A program made the translations under genes and the position numbers. DNA of 24,597 bases, taken from positions 1-24,597 of IMG/VR virus record IMGVR_UViG_3300022179_000969; one strand, written 5' to 3'. The number at the start of each line of letters is the position of its first letter. Position 1 is the first letter of the stretch. Origin of the DNA: a virus. Its lineage: Duplodnaviria; Caudoviricetes. The notes below the pieces were generated by a model, which saw nothing but the letters and a program-made list of their open reading frames with translations, ran no database searches and was not told the origin of the DNA. Shown here one piece after another: positions 1 through 8,248 of this stretch.

Positions 1-1
1 A

Positions 2-1630
2 GAACACGAACGCCCGGCCGCCCTTAATGGCGAACGTCTGGCCTTCCGGCGTTGTCTTGATCTCCACAGACCGATCTTTCGCCGCCAGCTCTTGCAGCGC
101 GCGGGTGGCGGCGGCATTGGCCTTGAGCTCCTCAACCTGCAGGTTGCCGGCATTTTTGGCGCCTTCGACTGCGATCTTGCCTTGGGTGTCGACGCCGGCG
201 TCGAACAGTTTCTGGCTGCGCGCAGCGGCCTGGGCCCGGGCTTGTGCACTGAGAAACTGGAACGCGGACTGCGCCAGCTGCCCGGCGCTCATGGGCTGGC
301 CCACAGCTTGCCCGGTCGAGCGATCGACTTCCACGAACCCTTGGGGTGTGCGTGCCACGGATACACCCGCCAACTGGACCAGCTGCGACAGTGCACCCAT
401 GTCGGTGTTGCCGCGCGCCGCGAGGTCGTACAGCTGCGCTTCACGCAGTCCGCTCTGGAGTTGCGTGATCTGGCCTTGCATCTGCTGCAGTGCAGCCGGG
501 TCGGACTCGATTTGTGCAAGGCGACGAAGCTGATCTATGCGCATGCTGGCCATGCGCGCCTGCTCGTTCACCTGCGGGGCCGCAGCGAAGAACTGTTCGG
601 GGGTGAACTGCTGCGGGGTTTGTGCCTGCGCGGTGGCGGCCGGAACCGCGGCCGTGACTGCCTTCCCCATGCGCTGCAGAATACTGCTGGCGTACTGGTT
701 CGTGTCGGGGGCGTTGGGGTTCTTCAGGTCGCGGTACGTCGCCACTTGGCCGTTCTGGATACCCTTGGGGCCGGCGTAGTAGTAGGCTGCAGCCAGGCGC
801 GGATCGCCGTTGCCCGCAACCCAGGCTTCTTTCATGTATTCCACTGCGGCAGCTTCGTTGTGCTGCGGATTGGCCCACTGCCAGTTGGCCGGGATCTTGC
901 CTGCCTGCTTGAGCCCGTTGAAAGTGGACTCGAGGATCTGCCCTTTGCCGCGTGCGCCGGCGTAGTTTGGCTGCGACGTGTCGACAGCGCCGTTACCAGA
1001 CTCCTGGCCGAAGATAGCGTTCTTGAACGATTCAAACCCGCCGTTACCACGGATGGCTGCATCCTTTGCCTTGAGGCGGTCGATGGCTGGCTGGTCGGTG
1101 CTGCTGCCGCCTTGCAAAACTTTGACGCCAACACCCTCCCCAGGCGGGTTGAGACGGCGCAGCTCGTCCGCGCGAGCGTTGATGGCTGGCTGGGAGTTGG
1201 CGCGCGCTACCGACTCAGGGGTCTGAGCCTTGGACACACTGCGGGGGTCGACCTTGCCCGGGGCCCGCATACGCGCCAGACGCTGGGTCTCGCTCTCGGT
1301 CTGGTTGGCCAGGAGAGATGGGTTGGCGTAGATGCCCGCAACCGACCGAGGGGCGGTGGCACGTCCGGGCGGGGCAGGGGCCGCAGCGGATGGCGCTGCA
1401 GGTGTGGCGATGGTGGCGCCTCCACCGGGGAGGTCCACTGGGGCGGGCAGCGGGGCGGCATCGCCCTCTCCAACTTGGCGGCGCAGCTCGTCCGCCTTTT
1501 TCATGCGTTCCATACGCCCACGCGCAGCCGTCTGGTCCGCGATGTAGGTTCGTTGCTGCTGCAGTCGATTAGAGTCGATGCGCTCTGCCGTGTCGTAGGC
1601 GTCGGCGTACGAACCGAGGAATCCGGCCAT
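2..1630 (-). CDS. Internal virion/ejection protein with lytic transglycosylase (SLT) domain; partial, runs off the window (>543 aa)
   Basis: Not in the ORF track. Manual translation from ATG at 1630 (TAATG overlap with upstream stop): MAGFLGSYADAYDTAERID... stays open to base 2. Contains FKNAIFGQESGNG (Glu at 1001-1003), AGARGKGQILESTF, AAAYYYAGP and TNQYASSI, matching SLT motifs I-III. Confidence 0.88.
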   Translation of the reverse strand, partial: MAGFLGSYADAYDTAERIDSNRLQQQRTYIADQTAARGRMERMKKADELRRQVGEGDAAPLPAPVDLPGGGATIATPAAPSAAAPAPPGRATAPRSVAGIYANPSLLANQTESETQRLARMRAPGKVDPRSVSKAQTPESVARANSQPAINARADELRRLNPPGEGVGVKVLQGGSSTDQPAIDRLKAKDAAIRGNGGFESFKNAIFGQESGNGAVDTSQPNYAGARGKGQILESTFNGLKQAGKIPANWQWANPQHNEAAAVEYMKEAWVAGNGDPRLAAAYYYAGPKGIQNGQVATYRDLKNPNAPDTNQYASSILQRMGKAVTAAVPAATAQAQTPQQFTPEQFFAAAPQVNEQARMASMRIDQLRRLAQIESDPAALQQMQGQITQLQSGLREAQLYDLAARGNTDMGALSQLVQLAGVSVARTPQGFVEVDRSTGQAVGQPMSAGQLAQSAFQFLSAQARAQAAARSQKLFDAGVDTQGKIAVEGAKNAGNLQVEELKANAAATRALQELAAKDRSVEIKTTPEGQTFAIKGGRAFVF

Positions 1631-2697
1631 TACTGTACCCCCACTTGGTCTTCAGCTTTGCTCTTGCTGCGCCCCAGGACGTCGTCCAAAAGACCGTACG
1701 CGCCTGCTGTAGAGCGCTGGCCGCCGTTAGCGATGTCGTTGATGTAGCTCGCGTCGTAGGACGGCGTGTCCTGCTTGGCGTAGCCGATACTTTGCAGTCC
1801 TGCGCGACGGGTGGCCTCCGCACCGGTGCGGGCCGATTCGGCAGCTGTCACACCCGAAGTCGAAGCCCCCAACAACGCACGACGTTTTTCAGCCGCAGCC
1901 GTGGCCGGACTGTAGCCCTTGCCCAGCATCCGTGTTTCGTAATCGTCAGCCTTGCCGCGGAGCTGGCCCGTTGTAGTGGCGTACGCCTTGGCTGCTGTGC
2001 GTTGTGGATCGATGGCCTGGTAGTCGGCGGCTTGCTGGTCCACCAACGCATTTTTCTTTTGCACGTTGGCCACATTTTCTGCGTTGGCTGCGGCGGAGCG
2101 GTTGGCGTAATCCTCGCGCATCTGGTCGGCTTTGCGGCCGGCGTCCATGCCGGCAAGGGCGCTCAACCCCTTCATGCCCAGACCAACCACGTCTTGGTAC
2201 GGCTTGACAGACTCGCGCAGCGTTTTGAGGCCGGAAGTGGCGGTGTCCAGAATACCAGTCGCCGGCGTAGACCCGGCGCCAGCCATATATTCCTTGAACC
2301 CTTGGCCCATTTCGCTGGCAGTTTGTACGCCTGCGCCGCCCCAGGTGCCTGTCGTCGCCCCTTGGCTGACAGTAGGCAGGGTCGTGGCGCTAGTGGGTGC
2401 CGCACTTGTCCAGTCCGCCGCCGTTGCCGCGGGAGCCGAAGCCCCCGACACGTCAGCAGAAGTGGGCGCCTTCATACCCGAAGTGCCCGACCCGTAGTTC
2501 GCGAGGCCACCAGCCAGGGTACCGAGGGCGTAGCCGCCAGCCAGGTTACCGAAGTTGTTCTCCCCGTACTTGCCCTGAAAGCCGCCGGTCAGCCCACTGG
2601 CAATGGCGGCTGCAGCGCCGGGGTTTGCCACAGCAAAGTCTTTGGCCGTCGAGGCCGCCGAAGAAGCCCAGTCGAAAACGTCGTTCCACCAAGACAT
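1630..2697 (-). CDS. Putative DNA ejection/internal virion protein (Gly/Ala-rich, 355 aa)
   Basis: Gly/Ala-rich N-terminal segments and a helical C-terminal half; translationally coupled and located between other ejection genes. Function inferred from position and composition. Confidence 0.65.
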   Translation of the reverse strand: MSWWNDVFDWASSAASTAKDFAVANPGAAAAIASGLTGGFQGKYGENNFGNLAGGYALGTLAGGLANYGSGTSGMKAPTSADVSGASAPAATAADWTSAAPTSATTLPTVSQGATTGTWGGAGVQTASEMGQGFKEYMAGAGSTPATGILDTATSGLKTLRESVKPYQDVVGLGMKGLSALAGMDAGRKADQMREDYANRSAAANAENVANVQKKNALVDQQAADYQAIDPQRTAAKAYATTTGQLRGKADDYETRMLGKGYSPATAAAEKRRALLGASTSGVTAAESARTGAEATRRAGLQSIGYAKQDTPSYDASYINDIANGGQRSTAGAYGLLDDVLGRSKSKAEDQVGVQ

Positions 2698-2699
2698 GG

Positions 2700-4157
2700 T
2701 TAAGCCCCCGCTTTCGGGACGTCGGCGTACTGCCGAAGCATCTTGTCAAAGAAATCCCGGCCCTTCGCGCGCACGATGTGCTCGGGGATGACGTACTCGC
2801 CGTTGGCCACTTTGACAGGCTGCCCCGACGACTCGTTGACGGTGCCGATGGAGTCGCTGCGCCCGGTGCCGGGGCCCTGCAGGAATCCGCCATTCGCCAT
2901 CCCGTTGGGGTTCTGCATCTGCGCCTGGGACGTAGGCGGCACCTGGCCGGGGGGTGTTGGTTGGCCACCACCTGGAGCGGCTTGGCCTGCGCCGGATTCC
3001 TGCAGTACGCGCGAAATGGCCAGCACCTTCATGATCACTGACGGGTCGAACGCGGGCGGCAACGGACTCATGCCCTGCTCGGCTACGAACGCGCGCAGCT
3101 TGGGGTACAGCGCCGGGTTTTGCATCGACGCCTCAGCGATCTGGCCCATCATGGTCACCTCTTGCGGGGTGAGCTGGCCGCTCGTCATGAGCTGTTGCAT
3201 TTTTCCAATAACAGCCTGCTGGAACTGAGGGTCGCGGACGATCTGGTTGACCCGCATGTTGATCATTTGGGGGGAGGCCGCGCCTTGATTGCCAGCGCCA
3301 GTGACTGGGCCACCGTTTTCAAACCCCATGGCCAGCAGAGGGCCGCCGGGCATGATCGGTCCGCCATCTGCATAGGCGCCAATTGACAGTCCGACTGGGC
3401 CGCCGTCAGCATAGCCCGCGCCAAAAGATCCGGGGGCTGGAGGCCCCATACCAGAAAAGCCGGAGCCGTTTTGCCAACTGCCCGGTGCCGCCGGACCGAC
3501 GCTCGTGTTGTCGTTGCCGTAATTTTCTGTCGTGGGCGCGCGCCAGCTCGACGTGCTACCGGGTACGGGGGGCCCGACGCTCGTGTTGTCGTTGCCGTAA
3601 TTTTCTGTCGACAGCGGTGTGACATCCACACCCTGGATGTCCTGCACCGGCACCTTGCGTGGGTCTTGTTTCCCGAGGACCGAGTTGGACGCGTGGCCGA
3701 GGGCGTATTCTGTAGGGTTCATGAACCCGGCGTTGTAGCCGGACAGTGTGCCGAGGCCGGCCATCAAGCTACGGTCGCCTGTGTCACCTACGTCGGCCCC
3801 CATGCGGCCCATATTGAAGTCGATGGCTTTGGACATGAGCCCGCCAATCGGGCCCAGGCCGAGACCCAGGCCTGTAGAAATGCCAGAAACGAAACGTCGC
3901 TCCGTTGCAGATAGCGGGTCGGTATTCAGGTCGCGCCCTTCTGTCGGGGCAGCGCGCCCGCTGGAACCGCCGAACGTGTCTGTAGGCAGTTCGAGAACGC
4001 CCGCCGTAGACGCCGCCCCTGCTTCATCTTGGACAGTGCTGGGGGACGGGTTGAGGCCAGAGAAGTAATCCACCCCCTGCGCAGCGCCCATGCCGCGGTC
4101 CAATGCGTTGAAGCCGCCGCGGGCGTTGGTATCGCTCAGTCGGTCTAGGAGTCCCAT
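2700..4157 (-). CDS. Putative ejection/internal virion protein with repeated [YFM]x[DN]GG motifs and a C-terminal GPGTGRSDSI...GEYVIP domain (485 aa)
   Basis: Low-complexity Gly/Pro/Ser protein with YADGG twice, FENGG and MANGG; the C-terminal segment resembles the conserved C-terminal motif of tape-measure proteins. Confidence 0.65.
   Translation of the reverse strand: MGLLDRLSDTNARGGFNALDRGMGAAQGVDYFSGLNPSPSTVQDEAGAASTAGVLELPTDTFGGSSGRAAPTEGRDLNTDPLSATERRFVSGISTGLGLGLGPIGGLMSKAIDFNMGRMGADVGDTGDRSLMAGLGTLSGYNAGFMNPTEYALGHASNSVLGKQDPRKVPVQDIQGVDVTPLSTENYGNDNTSVGPPVPGSTSSWRAPTTENYGNDNTSVGPAAPGSWQNGSGFSGMGPPAPGSFGAGYADGGPVGLSIGAYADGGPIMPGGPLLAMGFENGGPVTGAGNQGAASPQMINMRVNQIVRDPQFQQAVIGKMQQLMTSGQLTPQEVTMMGQIAEASMQNPALYPKLRAFVAEQGMSPLPPAFDPSVIMKVLAISRVLQESGAGQAAPGGGQPTPPGQVPPTSQAQMQNPNGMANGGFLQGPGTGRSDSIGTVNESSGQPVKVANGEYVIPEHIVRAKGRDFFDKMLRQYADVPKAGA
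3496..3610. repeat. Exact 37-bp direct repeat, two copies (3496-3532, 3574-3610), period 78 bp, in frame
   Basis: CCGACGCTCGTGTTGTCGTTGCCGTAATTTTCTGTCG occurs twice and encodes TENYGNDNTSVG twice in the 485-aa protein. Confidence 0.95.
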
Positions 4158-4158
4158 A

Positions 4159-4494
4159 TCAAGCCCTCAAGTTTTGCAGGAGCGTGTTGAACGCATCCTG
4201 TATTTTAGCCACGTCTGCTGCCAGTTGTTGCACGTCGTTCAAAAGTTTCAGGTAGTCCGTGATAGTGGGTACGCCCACGGCTGCGTTGGTCGTGAACTCA
4301 CCGCGCGCCGAGACCTGGGTCATCACCTGGAAATTTTGCGGCGTAACGCCGATGGTGTCGTTGGTCAGAGCGCGCCCCGGGCCGCGGGCGCCCATCATGA
4401 TTTCGATGTTCTCTTTGAGCGCCGCAAGCACGTCGTACTGCCACTGCGGTATTTTCTCGTTGGGTATGGCCGGCAGGCCCTGGTACTTTGGCAT
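4159..4494 (-). CDS. Small virion protein with C-terminal coiled coil (possible tail needle/plug), 111 aa
   Basis: Coupled to the nozzle gene (TGATG overlap at 4494); heptad pattern in LLNDVQQLAADVAKIQDAFNTLLQNL. Confidence 0.6.
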   Translation of the reverse strand: MPKYQGLPAIPNEKIPQWQYDVLAALKENIEIMMGARGPGRALTNDTIGVTPQNFQVMTQVSARGEFTTNAAVGVPTITDYLKLLNDVQQLAADVAKIQDAFNTLLQNLRA

Positions 4495-6740
4495 CAGATA
4501 CCTCGCAGTCCGGCGACCGTTTCCGCCAGGTGGATAGCGCGCACGCGCGCAGTTGTCGCGACACGCACCTCAAAAGTGTCCGCCCGGTACCCCGTCGGCA
4601 GTCGGAACGGCAAGTCGTCGCGGATCGTGTTGGAGTAGACCAGCTGCTTGTTGACGAACAGCTGAAACGTGGCTGTGAACTCTGTCGACGCGAGCGGTGT
4701 GAGGCGGCTACACGCCAAGGGCAGTACGCCAACGTCGTCCATACCAAGCCCGCCGCCTTCGGCATTGGCTGCGATCATGGCAGCATTGGCCACCAGAATG
4801 ATGGCGTTCTCCGCCGCGATAGCTGCTTCACCCTCAGGTGTGGAGTAGTCGGCAATCACTCGCGCGGCGCCGAAATTGATGTAGCCCTTGGTCGTGAACA
4901 CCTTGGATTTCCAGTCCAGCGTGGCGGGGCCTACATCCAGAGAGTTCCACTGATAGACCGTGCTGCCATCTGCATAGTAGAACGCGTCCGTGTAGGCGCG
5001 GTAGTGCGCAGCCGTGAAGAAGGTGTCGGTCTCGACCAGGTGCCCGCCGACCTGCTCATTACGCTCGAAGATGAACGTGTTGGTCCCGTCTGAGCCGAAG
5101 TACCGGCCGCGATAGTATTCGCCCACCAACGAGGTCGGGATGACATCCTGATTCCAGGTAGTCCAGCTGTGCACGTTCTTGGTCAGGTAGTCTGTGCCGA
5201 TGGTGGTCGAGTACACCGCCAGGCCCCCGGTCGAGGCCCAGGCCACACCGAAACCGATGTTGACGATGGACCGCTTGGACAGGCAGGGGATGATGTAGTC
5301 GGTACGCGCCAGGGACTGCGCCTGCGGGTTGTTACCGGTGAGAATCCACGGTGTCTTCTGGGTGGCCACAACCAAAGTCGTGCCGAATGCGCCCAAGCCG
5401 ACGATGTCAGTGTCGATCTGCTGGCGGTACTTGATAGGCCATGCGTGGGGCTTGCCCGGCTCGCTGAAGCAGACGGTGTTTCCGAAAAACCCCACGATCA
5501 TGCTGTTGTGGATGGTCGTCATGCCCTGCATGGTGGCGTCTGGCTGGTCGTAGTCGGCAGACTCCAGAATTGTGTCCGCGTCCAGCGTGCTGACGTCGAC
5601 TTCGTCGATCAAGGAGCTGGCGGTACGGGTGACGTCGCCCGATGTGGCGCCGGATGCAGTATCCGTGACCGTGAAGGTGTTGGCATCCACGACCGTGACC
5701 GTGTATCCGCCGTCCGTCGCCGTGCCAGTTGTGAAATCCAGAACGGCGTGGTCCCCGGTGGTCAGGGTGTGCGCCGCCATCGTGACAGTAACCAGTGTGC
5801 CGGTACGGGAGTACGTCCCGGACGTTGCGCCGCCCAGCGGCACCTGGCCAACACGGTAGTACTCTGTCCCGGAAACCCCGGCGACCGTGCGGTACACGCG
5901 CAGCTTCATGCCCGTAGTCTGGTAGCCAGATCCGTGCGTCCAGGCGGTCGGCAGGCCGGTGATAGTGACTGTCTGGCCCTCTTTCACGAACACCGCGGGG
6001 CTGGGCTCCGATGGCACCGATTCTTCTTCCCAGGCAGTGTAGTACGTGAACACGTAGGTCCGCGGTGTGACGACACCGGCCAAATCCACTCGACCGGCAA
6101 CGTCAGCAGTCGACGCCTCAGCCGCGCCGAACGAGAAGTAGCTGAAAGTGGTCGACGTCAGGACCGTCACGGGCACGTTGGTCAAGTTATACCCCGTGCC
6201 GCCGAAAGTGGTCGTGGTGACGTAGTCCCCTGTGGTCAGGCCGTGGGCGGCAGACGTCGTGATGGTGGCGGTGCCGCCAGCGTCCCGGGCGCGGAAAGTT
6301 GAGGACTTTTGGGTGAACGCCGCTGCCGTAGCAGTTGGTATCGCCGCAGGCAGCGGCAGACCGAGGATGTAGCTGGCAGTCGGAAACATGGCCCCAGAGG
6401 TCGCCATGTCGTAGTTCGTCACCTTTGGCTCGCCGTCCCCGGTGTAGTAGATGCGCTGTGTGGTGTCGTTCTCGATCTGAGCCGTGGCTACGTCGACTTC
6501 GGTTGTCCAGTGAAGCCACTTCAGATCGCCGCCGACGGGATCAATCAATGGGTAGATCGTCTTAACGACTCCGGGCTTGTCGAGCGCGGCCTCTTCGGCC
6601 GGACGCCGGTATGGCAGCAGGTCCCCAGAGGAAAGGTCCAGATTGAACGCGTACTGCGCTACAGTCTCTGGCAACAGCTCAGGACTGATCTTCGGGGCTT
6701 GCCCGAAAAATTTCACTATTTTGAGCGCAGTACCTGCCAC
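4494..6740 (-). CDS. Tail nozzle/hub (P22 gp10 / T7 gp12-like stabilisation protein), 748 aa
   Basis: Size, beta-rich propeller-like composition, segments VCFSEPGKPHAWP and LDWKSKVF, FRLPTGY near the C-terminus, and position before the ejection genes. Confidence 0.75.
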   Translation of the reverse strand: MAGTALKIVKFFGQAPKISPELLPETVAQYAFNLDLSSGDLLPYRRPAEEAALDKPGVVKTIYPLIDPVGGDLKWLHWTTEVDVATAQIENDTTQRIYYTGDGEPKVTNYDMATSGAMFPTASYILGLPLPAAIPTATAAAFTQKSSTFRARDAGGTATITTSAAHGLTTGDYVTTTTFGGTGYNLTNVPVTVLTSTTFSYFSFGAAEASTADVAGRVDLAGVVTPRTYVFTYYTAWEEESVPSEPSPAVFVKEGQTVTITGLPTAWTHGSGYQTTGMKLRVYRTVAGVSGTEYYRVGQVPLGGATSGTYSRTGTLVTVTMAAHTLTTGDHAVLDFTTGTATDGGYTVTVVDANTFTVTDTASGATSGDVTRTASSLIDEVDVSTLDADTILESADYDQPDATMQGMTTIHNSMIVGFFGNTVCFSEPGKPHAWPIKYRQQIDTDIVGLGAFGTTLVVATQKTPWILTGNNPQAQSLARTDYIIPCLSKRSIVNIGFGVAWASTGGLAVYSTTIGTDYLTKNVHSWTTWNQDVIPTSLVGEYYRGRYFGSDGTNTFIFERNEQVGGHLVETDTFFTAAHYRAYTDAFYYADGSTVYQWNSLDVGPATLDWKSKVFTTKGYINFGAARVIADYSTPEGEAAIAAENAIILVANAAMIAANAEGGGLGMDDVGVLPLACSRLTPLASTEFTATFQLFVNKQLVYSNTIRDDLPFRLPTGYRADTFEVRVATTARVRAIHLAETVAGLRGI

Positions 6741-6743
6741 TGA

Positions 6744-6965
6744 TTACCCCCAGTTGCGTTTGGTGGACGACTTGGTGCACTTGACCATGCCGCCGTCTTT
6801 GTAGCCCGTGGCCTTGCGTTCTTCCGCGTCAAGCTGGGTCTGTCGGCCACTGATCGATTTGGCAGCGGCGTCGGTCTGGCCTCCGCCGAACATCTTGCCC
6901 CAGATGGAAGTTTTTGTGGCGTCAGGTGCTGACGCAGGTCGAGCGGGTTTGGGTGCGGTTGCCAT
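6744..6965 (-). CDS. Small basic protein ending in a YKDGGMVK motif (73 aa)
   Basis: ATG at 6965 with GGAGG 4 nt upstream (start revised from the track's 7001); MATAPKPARP...GYKDGGMVKCTKSSTKRNWG. Confidence 0.7.
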   Translation of the reverse strand: MATAPKPARPASAPDATKTSIWGKMFGGGQTDAAAKSISGRQTQLDAEERKATGYKDGGMVKCTKSSTKRNWG

Positions 6966-7077
6966 AGTGCCTCCAGAGTCGGTAGGTGCCGTACAAAGCA
7001 AAAATCCACAGGGCCGTGCGGAAAAAGCCTAGGTTCCATAGGACAAACGGCATGCCGAAGTAGAAATTTGCGGACAT
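6922..7077 (-). CDS. Candidate small aromatic-rich membrane peptide (51 aa)
   Basis: Manual translation MSANFYFGMPFVLWNLGFFRTALWIFALYGTYRLWRHYGNRTQTRSTCVST. No Shine-Dalgarno; TAGAAT lies 7 nt before the ATG. Confidence 0.35.
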   Translation of the reverse strand: MSANFYFGMPFVLWNLGFFRTALWIFALYGTYRLWRHYGNRTQTRSTCVST

Positions 7078-7087
7078 GCGGCGCATT

Positions 7088-7543
7088 CTACTCGGTTGGC
7101 CAGGCTTCGCTCAGTGTTTGGGCGTCGTCGCTGTGTCCGTCAGCTGCTTTTCCCACTTCCGTAAGTCTGCCGCGACATTGGCCGAATACGTCTGCGAGGG
7201 TGTTGGCGTTGTCAATGCAGGCTTGGTGGGAAACTTGAGCGGCTCCGAGGGCCTGGGCAGCGGCCCCGGACACGCGGACAAGAGCGGCAGCAGCATCATC
7301 AGCATCGCGGCGCGCAGTAGCCGTTCGCCTGGCAGACGCATTGAGAGCTGCGATGACGCGCTCGTTGTTAGCGGTTTCAGCCCGGCGCGCAAGGCGCTGA
7401 GATTCCTGGGTTGCTTCGAATTTGGCTTTGTCATTTGCACGCTCCTGTGAATCGCGGCGCCAGCCATTGGCAGTCCAGCCCGCTACAAAAATGGTAGCTG
7501 TAAGCGCAAGCAATACGAGGGCTTTGAGCGGAAGTGGGATCAT
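7088..7543 (-). CDS. Inner-membrane spanin (Rz-like), 151 aa
   Basis: N-terminal transmembrane helix followed by GW...GWR and an Ala-rich coiled coil; directly downstream of the endolysin (ATGA overlap). Confidence 0.88.
   Translation of the reverse strand: MIPLPLKALVLLALTATIFVAGWTANGWRRDSQERANDKAKFEATQESQRLARRAETANNERVIAALNASARRTATARRDADDAAAALVRVSGAAAQALGAAQVSHQACIDNANTLADVFGQCRGRLTEVGKAADGHSDDAQTLSEAWPTE
7111..7341 (-). CDS. Outer-membrane lipoprotein spanin (Rz1-like) embedded in Rz, ~76 aa
   Basis: Alternative frame inside Rz: MRLPGERLLRAAMLMMLLPLLSAC with lipobox LSA-C, then a Pro-rich mature part (PGPLPRPSEPLKFPTKP). Confidence 0.85.
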   Translation of the reverse strand: MRLPGERLLRAAMLMMLLPLLSACPGPLPRPSEPLKFPTKPALTTPTPSQTYSANVAADLRKWEKQLTDTATTPKH

Positions 7544-7965
7544 GGGGCCAGTTCAAAATGTGGGCTATCGCTCTCGCCGCGTTCGCGGGGCTTGCCATCA
7601 CTGTCCCAGTCGGCGCCCCATCGAATCTTGACACCAATCTCCGCTGCAGCCTGGAACATGGCCTTGGATATAGCGTCGAACTTGGACGGGGTATTCCAGT
7701 CGACCGGGCTTGGGCAGAGGTCAACCGCATGGCCGAACCCTGTGTCCTGGTTCAGAAAGTGGTTGGACGTCATCGTCCAGGTGACGATGACGCCGGGCTC
7801 TGTGCGCCCCTGGGCATAAAGTTTGGCCTGTCTGGCTTTGGTGCGCACACCCTCAAGCACCATGAAATCTTGCGTAGTCAGCTGGATAGCCCGTTCGACC
7901 ACGGAGCGCATAGCAGGGTGGACCCCCCCAAGTCGGCGAAGCGATTCAGCACCTAAGTTATACAT
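7540..7965 (-). CDS. Endolysin, M15-family Zn peptidase (L-Ala-D-Glu endopeptidase type), 141 aa
   Basis: Motifs EGVRTKARQAKLYAQGRT, SNH...GHAVD, WGADW and DSPHFEL; start revised to ATG 7965 (MYNLGAESLRRL). Confidence 0.92.
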   Translation of the reverse strand: MYNLGAESLRRLGGVHPAMRSVVERAIQLTTQDFMVLEGVRTKARQAKLYAQGRTEPGVIVTWTMTSNHFLNQDTGFGHAVDLCPSPVDWNTPSKFDAISKAMFQAAAEIGVKIRWGADWDSDGKPRERGESDSPHFELAP

Positions 7966-8245
7966 GGTGGGACTTTCTGGGGCGTGAGCGGCGGTCGAGG
8001 GGCCGGACGCGGCGGGTGAGAGAAGCCAGGACAAAAATGACGGTGCCGTACACTAAAGCGTACAGCTGCCGATCGGTGACTGGCTGGTCTTGCAGGACCC
8101 GGTTGGCCGCGCCAACACACGCAAAAAATACCAGCACCATGCCGACGCGCTGAAGTAGCGTGTCGGCGATACGCGGGTGCAGCGTGGCTACTGCGCACAC
8201 CACTGCCAGGCTGATAAAGACTATGGTCTGGAAATACTGCAGCAT
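7958..8245 (-). CDS. Three-TM membrane protein in the lysis cassette (second holin/antiholin candidate), 95 aa
   Basis: Three hydrophobic segments and a highly basic C-terminal tail; lies between the holin and the endolysin. Confidence 0.7.
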   Translation of the reverse strand: MLQYFQTIVFISLAVVCAVATLHPRIADTLLQRVGMVLVFFACVGAANRVLQDQPVTDRQLYALVYGTVIFVLASLTRRVRPLDRRSRPRKSHHV

Positions 8246-8248
8246 GCT

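Noticed and set aside
92-1747. Long plus-strand ORFs (92-1747, 1645-2703, 5169-6302, 12332-13354, 13012-14091, 14162-16084, 16993-18531 and others)
   Set aside because: They are antisense shadows of GC-rich, codon-biased minus-strand genes, with no recognisable motifs; the opposite strand carries clear phage proteins.
3496-3610. Mini-CRISPR array (37-bp repeat, 41-bp spacer)
   Set aside because: Only two copies, the period is a multiple of 3 inside a coding frame, the ends are not CRISPR-like, and there is no leader or cas gene.
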